From Candidatus Magasanikiibacteriota bacterium (lineage in GTDB: Bacteria > Patescibacteriota > Patescibacteriia > Magasanikbacterales > GWA2-37-8): a DNA stretch of 64,000 nucleotides. Position numbers and translations under genes: made by a program. The DNA lies in NCBI GenBank assembly GCA_963802255.1, contig CAWDHY010000001.1, positions 235,842 through 299,841 on the forward strand. Reading direction: 5' to 3'. Shown here in pieces: positions 62,069 through 64,000 of the stretch. The notes beneath the pieces are model-generated. The model saw only the letters and a list, made by a program, of their open reading frames with translations. It made no database searches and was not told where the DNA came from. Position 1 is the first letter of the stretch, and each line of letters begins with the position of its first letter.

Positions 62069-62677
62069 ATGGAAAATTCAAATGACAAGTGGGGTGAGAT
62101 AAGGAAAAAAATATTGAAATTTTTGGCATCCGCCGGGTTATTTTTGTTTGAGATGGTAAAAATTGCTGTTTTAGCGGGTATTACCATCGGGTTAATTCGC
62201 TATTATCTGTTTAAACCCTTTTACGTTAAGGGCGCTTCCATGGAACCGAATTTTTTTGAAAAAGAATATCTGATAATTGACGAGTTGTCTTACCGGTTTC
62301 GTGAACCGCAAAGAGGAGAGGTAGTTGTATTCCGTTATCCGGAAAATCCGAAAGAATATTTTTTAAAGCGTATTATTGGTTTGCCGGGAGAGACGATAAA
62401 AATTACCGGCGGACAAGTGACAATATATAATTCCAATCATCCGGAAGGGGTGATGATTGATGAATCATATTTGCCGTTAGATTTAAAAACCGAAGGCGAC
62501 AGAGTGATAAAAATCAGCGACACTCAATATTTTTTAATGGGGGATAACCGCCCAAATAGTTACGACTCTCGTCGTTTCGGGCCGGTTGACCGCAGTTTAA
62601 TTGTCGGCCGTGCCTGGGTTAGAGGATGGCCGGTATCCAGAGCGCAAACATTTAAAGCGCCAGAGTTTAATATATAG
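62069..62677 (+). CDS. lepB: Signal peptidase I
   Basis: TM anchor, then box B GASMEPNF (Ser nucleophile), box D with the general-base Lys in YFLKRIIGLPGE, and box E GDNRPNSYDSRRFGPV. Start chosen at the ATG at 62069. Confidence 0.8.
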   Translation: MENSNDKWGEIRKKILKFLASAGLFLFEMVKIAVLAGITIGLIRYYLFKPFYVKGASMEPNFFEKEYLIIDELSYRFREPQRGEVVVFRYPENPKEYFLKRIIGLPGETIKITGGQVTIYNSNHPEGVMIDESYLPLDLKTEGDRVIKISDTQYFLMGDNRPNSYDSRRFGPVDRSLIVGRAWVRGWPVSRAQTFKAPEFNI

Positions 62678-62683
62678 CGCATT

Positions 62684-64000
62684 ATGCCAATAAAAAAGTC
62701 AAAAGATAAGAAGAAGCAAGCGCTGAAAAAAAATAGAGAACAAAAGCCGAAAACAAAAAAGAAAGAAATTGACAGTAAGGATCACGGGCAGGCGGAAAAA
62801 GGAAAAAGGGCTTATAGCGTTTTACGGGGCATGCATGACATTTTGCCTCGAGAAGAAAAATATTGGAAGCCACTGTATCACAATGCGGAAAATTTGGCTG
62901 ATCATTTTCAGTATGGACGCATAGAAACTCCGATAATGGAAGAGGTTGGCTTGTTTGTCAGATCACTCGGAAAAGGTACTGACGTGGTGGAAAAAGAAAT
63001 GTATATTTTTGAAAATGATGAAATTGGGCGAGTTTGTTTGCGTCCGGAAGCCACTGCTTCGGTTGCTCGCGCCTTTATCAACGGCGGCATGTGGAATTAT
63101 CCGCAACCGGTAAAGCTCTGGTATTGGGGACCGATGTTCCGCCATGACCGTCCGCAGGCCGGCCGTTATCGCCAATTTTTTCAGGTTGGATATGAAATTT
63201 TGGGAGCTGAAGACCCGGCTATGGATGCCGAATTGGTCTTAATTGCATTCAATTTTTATAAAGACATCGGCTATCCAGTGGAGATCAGAATCAACAGTAT
63301 TGGTTTGCCGGAAGAGCGCGAACGCTATAAAAATGAATTGGCAAATTTTTATCGGACAAAGAAAAGTTATTTATGCGAGGACTGCCGCAAGCGTCTGCTA
63401 AAAAATCCTCTAAGACTTTTGGATTGTAAGGAAGACCAATGTCAGCCGATAAAAGATGAAGCGCCGCAAATAGTTGACTGGTTGTCAGATTCATCGAAAA
63501 GTTATTTTATGAAAGTTTTAGAACATCTGGATGAATTAGGAGTGCCGTACAGCCTGGATCCGACACTGGTGAGAGGGTTGGATTATTACACCCACACTGT
63601 GTTTGAGGTATATTCAAATATTCCGGCTGAAAATCCAGAGGAAGAAAAATCTCAAAGCGCGCTTGGCGGAGGGGGCCGTTATGATTTGTTGGTTGAAGAA
63701 ATGGGCGGCCGTCCAACTCCCGCTGCCGGTGTGGCACTTGGGATAGATCGGTCCATAGCCATGCTCAAACAGTATGCTGAAAAAAATTCTTTAAATTTGC
63801 CCAAGCCGGTGTATGACATCTTTTTTGCTCAGCTTGGCGATAGGGCAAAAGGAAGAGCCTTAAAGATGATCAATGATTTGCGTTCCAGTGGTTTAAAAGT
63901 CGGGTTTAATCTGTATAAAAATTCGTTGAAAACTCAGTTGGAATTAGCGAATGACCTGAAAGTGCCGTATGCTCTTATTATCGGTCAAAAAGAGGTTCAG
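62684..64000 (+). CDS. hisS: Histidyl-tRNA synthetase (3' end truncated by the window edge)
   Basis: Not in the ORF track, presumably because there is no stop inside the window. The ORF runs from the ATG at 62684 to the window end. Class IIa motifs: motif 2 FRHDRPQAGRYRQFFQ, His-specific GLDYYTHTVFE, and GGGRYD. N-terminal K-rich extension. Confidence 0.85.
   Translation, partial: MPIKKSKDKKKQALKKNREQKPKTKKKEIDSKDHGQAEKGKRAYSVLRGMHDILPREEKYWKPLYHNAENLADHFQYGRIETPIMEEVGLFVRSLGKGTDVVEKEMYIFENDEIGRVCLRPEATASVARAFINGGMWNYPQPVKLWYWGPMFRHDRPQAGRYRQFFQVGYEILGAEDPAMDAELVLIAFNFYKDIGYPVEIRINSIGLPEERERYKNELANFYRTKKSYLCEDCRKRLLKNPLRLLDCKEDQCQPIKDEAPQIVDWLSDSSKSYFMKVLEHLDELGVPYSLDPTLVRGLDYYTHTVFEVYSNIPAENPEEEKSQSALGGGGRYDLLVEEMGGRPTPAAGVALGIDRSIAMLKQYAEKNSLNLPKPVYDIFFAQLGDRAKGRALKMINDLRSSGLKVGFNLYKNSLKTQLELANDLKVPYALIIGQKEVQ

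Noticed and set aside
62682-63737. Minus-strand ORFs 62682-62873, 62908-63175, 63291-63494 and 63507-63737
   Set aside because: All are antisense to the clearly recognisable hisS reading frame (GLDYYTHTVFE, GGGRYD motifs) that runs to the window edge.

Overview
This 64 kb window comes from a low-GC bacterium. Its small streamlined operons, its oversized divergent 16S rRNA gene, its 16S-tRNA cluster with no 23S in the 3.5 kb that follows, its giant Cys-rich surface proteins and its VirB4/VirB6-type secretion-like cluster are consistent with a Patescibacteria/CPR-like lineage. The lineage call is an inference. Standard code 11 is in use, because ORFs up to 1998 codons stay open.

Recognisable core genes: nusG, secE, gyrB (with a Lys-rich N-terminal tail), an FtsW/RodA-family (SEDS) protein, a SpeA-like PLP-dependent decarboxylase, prfB (RF2, no programmed frameshift), a TsaC domain fused through a TM helix to a glycoside-hydrolase-like domain, rsmA, greA, an ECF sigma factor, Hsp20, a VanW-family protein, clpP, an NrnA-like DHH phosphoesterase, smc, rpsP, a KH-domain protein, trmD, 16S rRNA, tRNA-Ser/Val/Ile, an SLT lytic transglycosylase, lepB and hisS (3' partial; absent from the ORF track).

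Accessory content:
(i) An island at 19.7-26.3 kb that I propose is a previously undescribed system. It is compositionally mixed and combines a Hint-like HIT hydrolase, an AsnA-like class II aaRS core paralog, a SAM-dependent methyltransferase, an MccF/LdcA-family (peptidase S66) serine peptidase and a GC-richer LysRS-like gene. All five relate to aminoacyl-adenylate chemistry. It could be a microcin-C-like or aminoacyl-nucleotide antibiotic biosynthesis/immunity module, or a detoxification module.
(ii) A T4SS-like cluster (VirB6-like, VirB3-like, apparently split VirB4) followed by ComFC.
(iii) Two giant secreted proteins. One is split by an apparent +1 frameshift. The other carries four identical 294-bp tandem repeats.
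(iv) A family of small 'gtcat-hairpin-atgac' palindromic elements. One copy sits inside the 16S rRNA gene, one upstream of clpP, and a related double hairpin is inserted in frame in rsmA.
(v) tRNA-associated scars: a duplicated tRNA-Ser 3' end, and a disrupted tRNA-Ile copy beside an intact one.

All homology calls were made by eye from motifs, with no database search. Composition statements are visual estimates.
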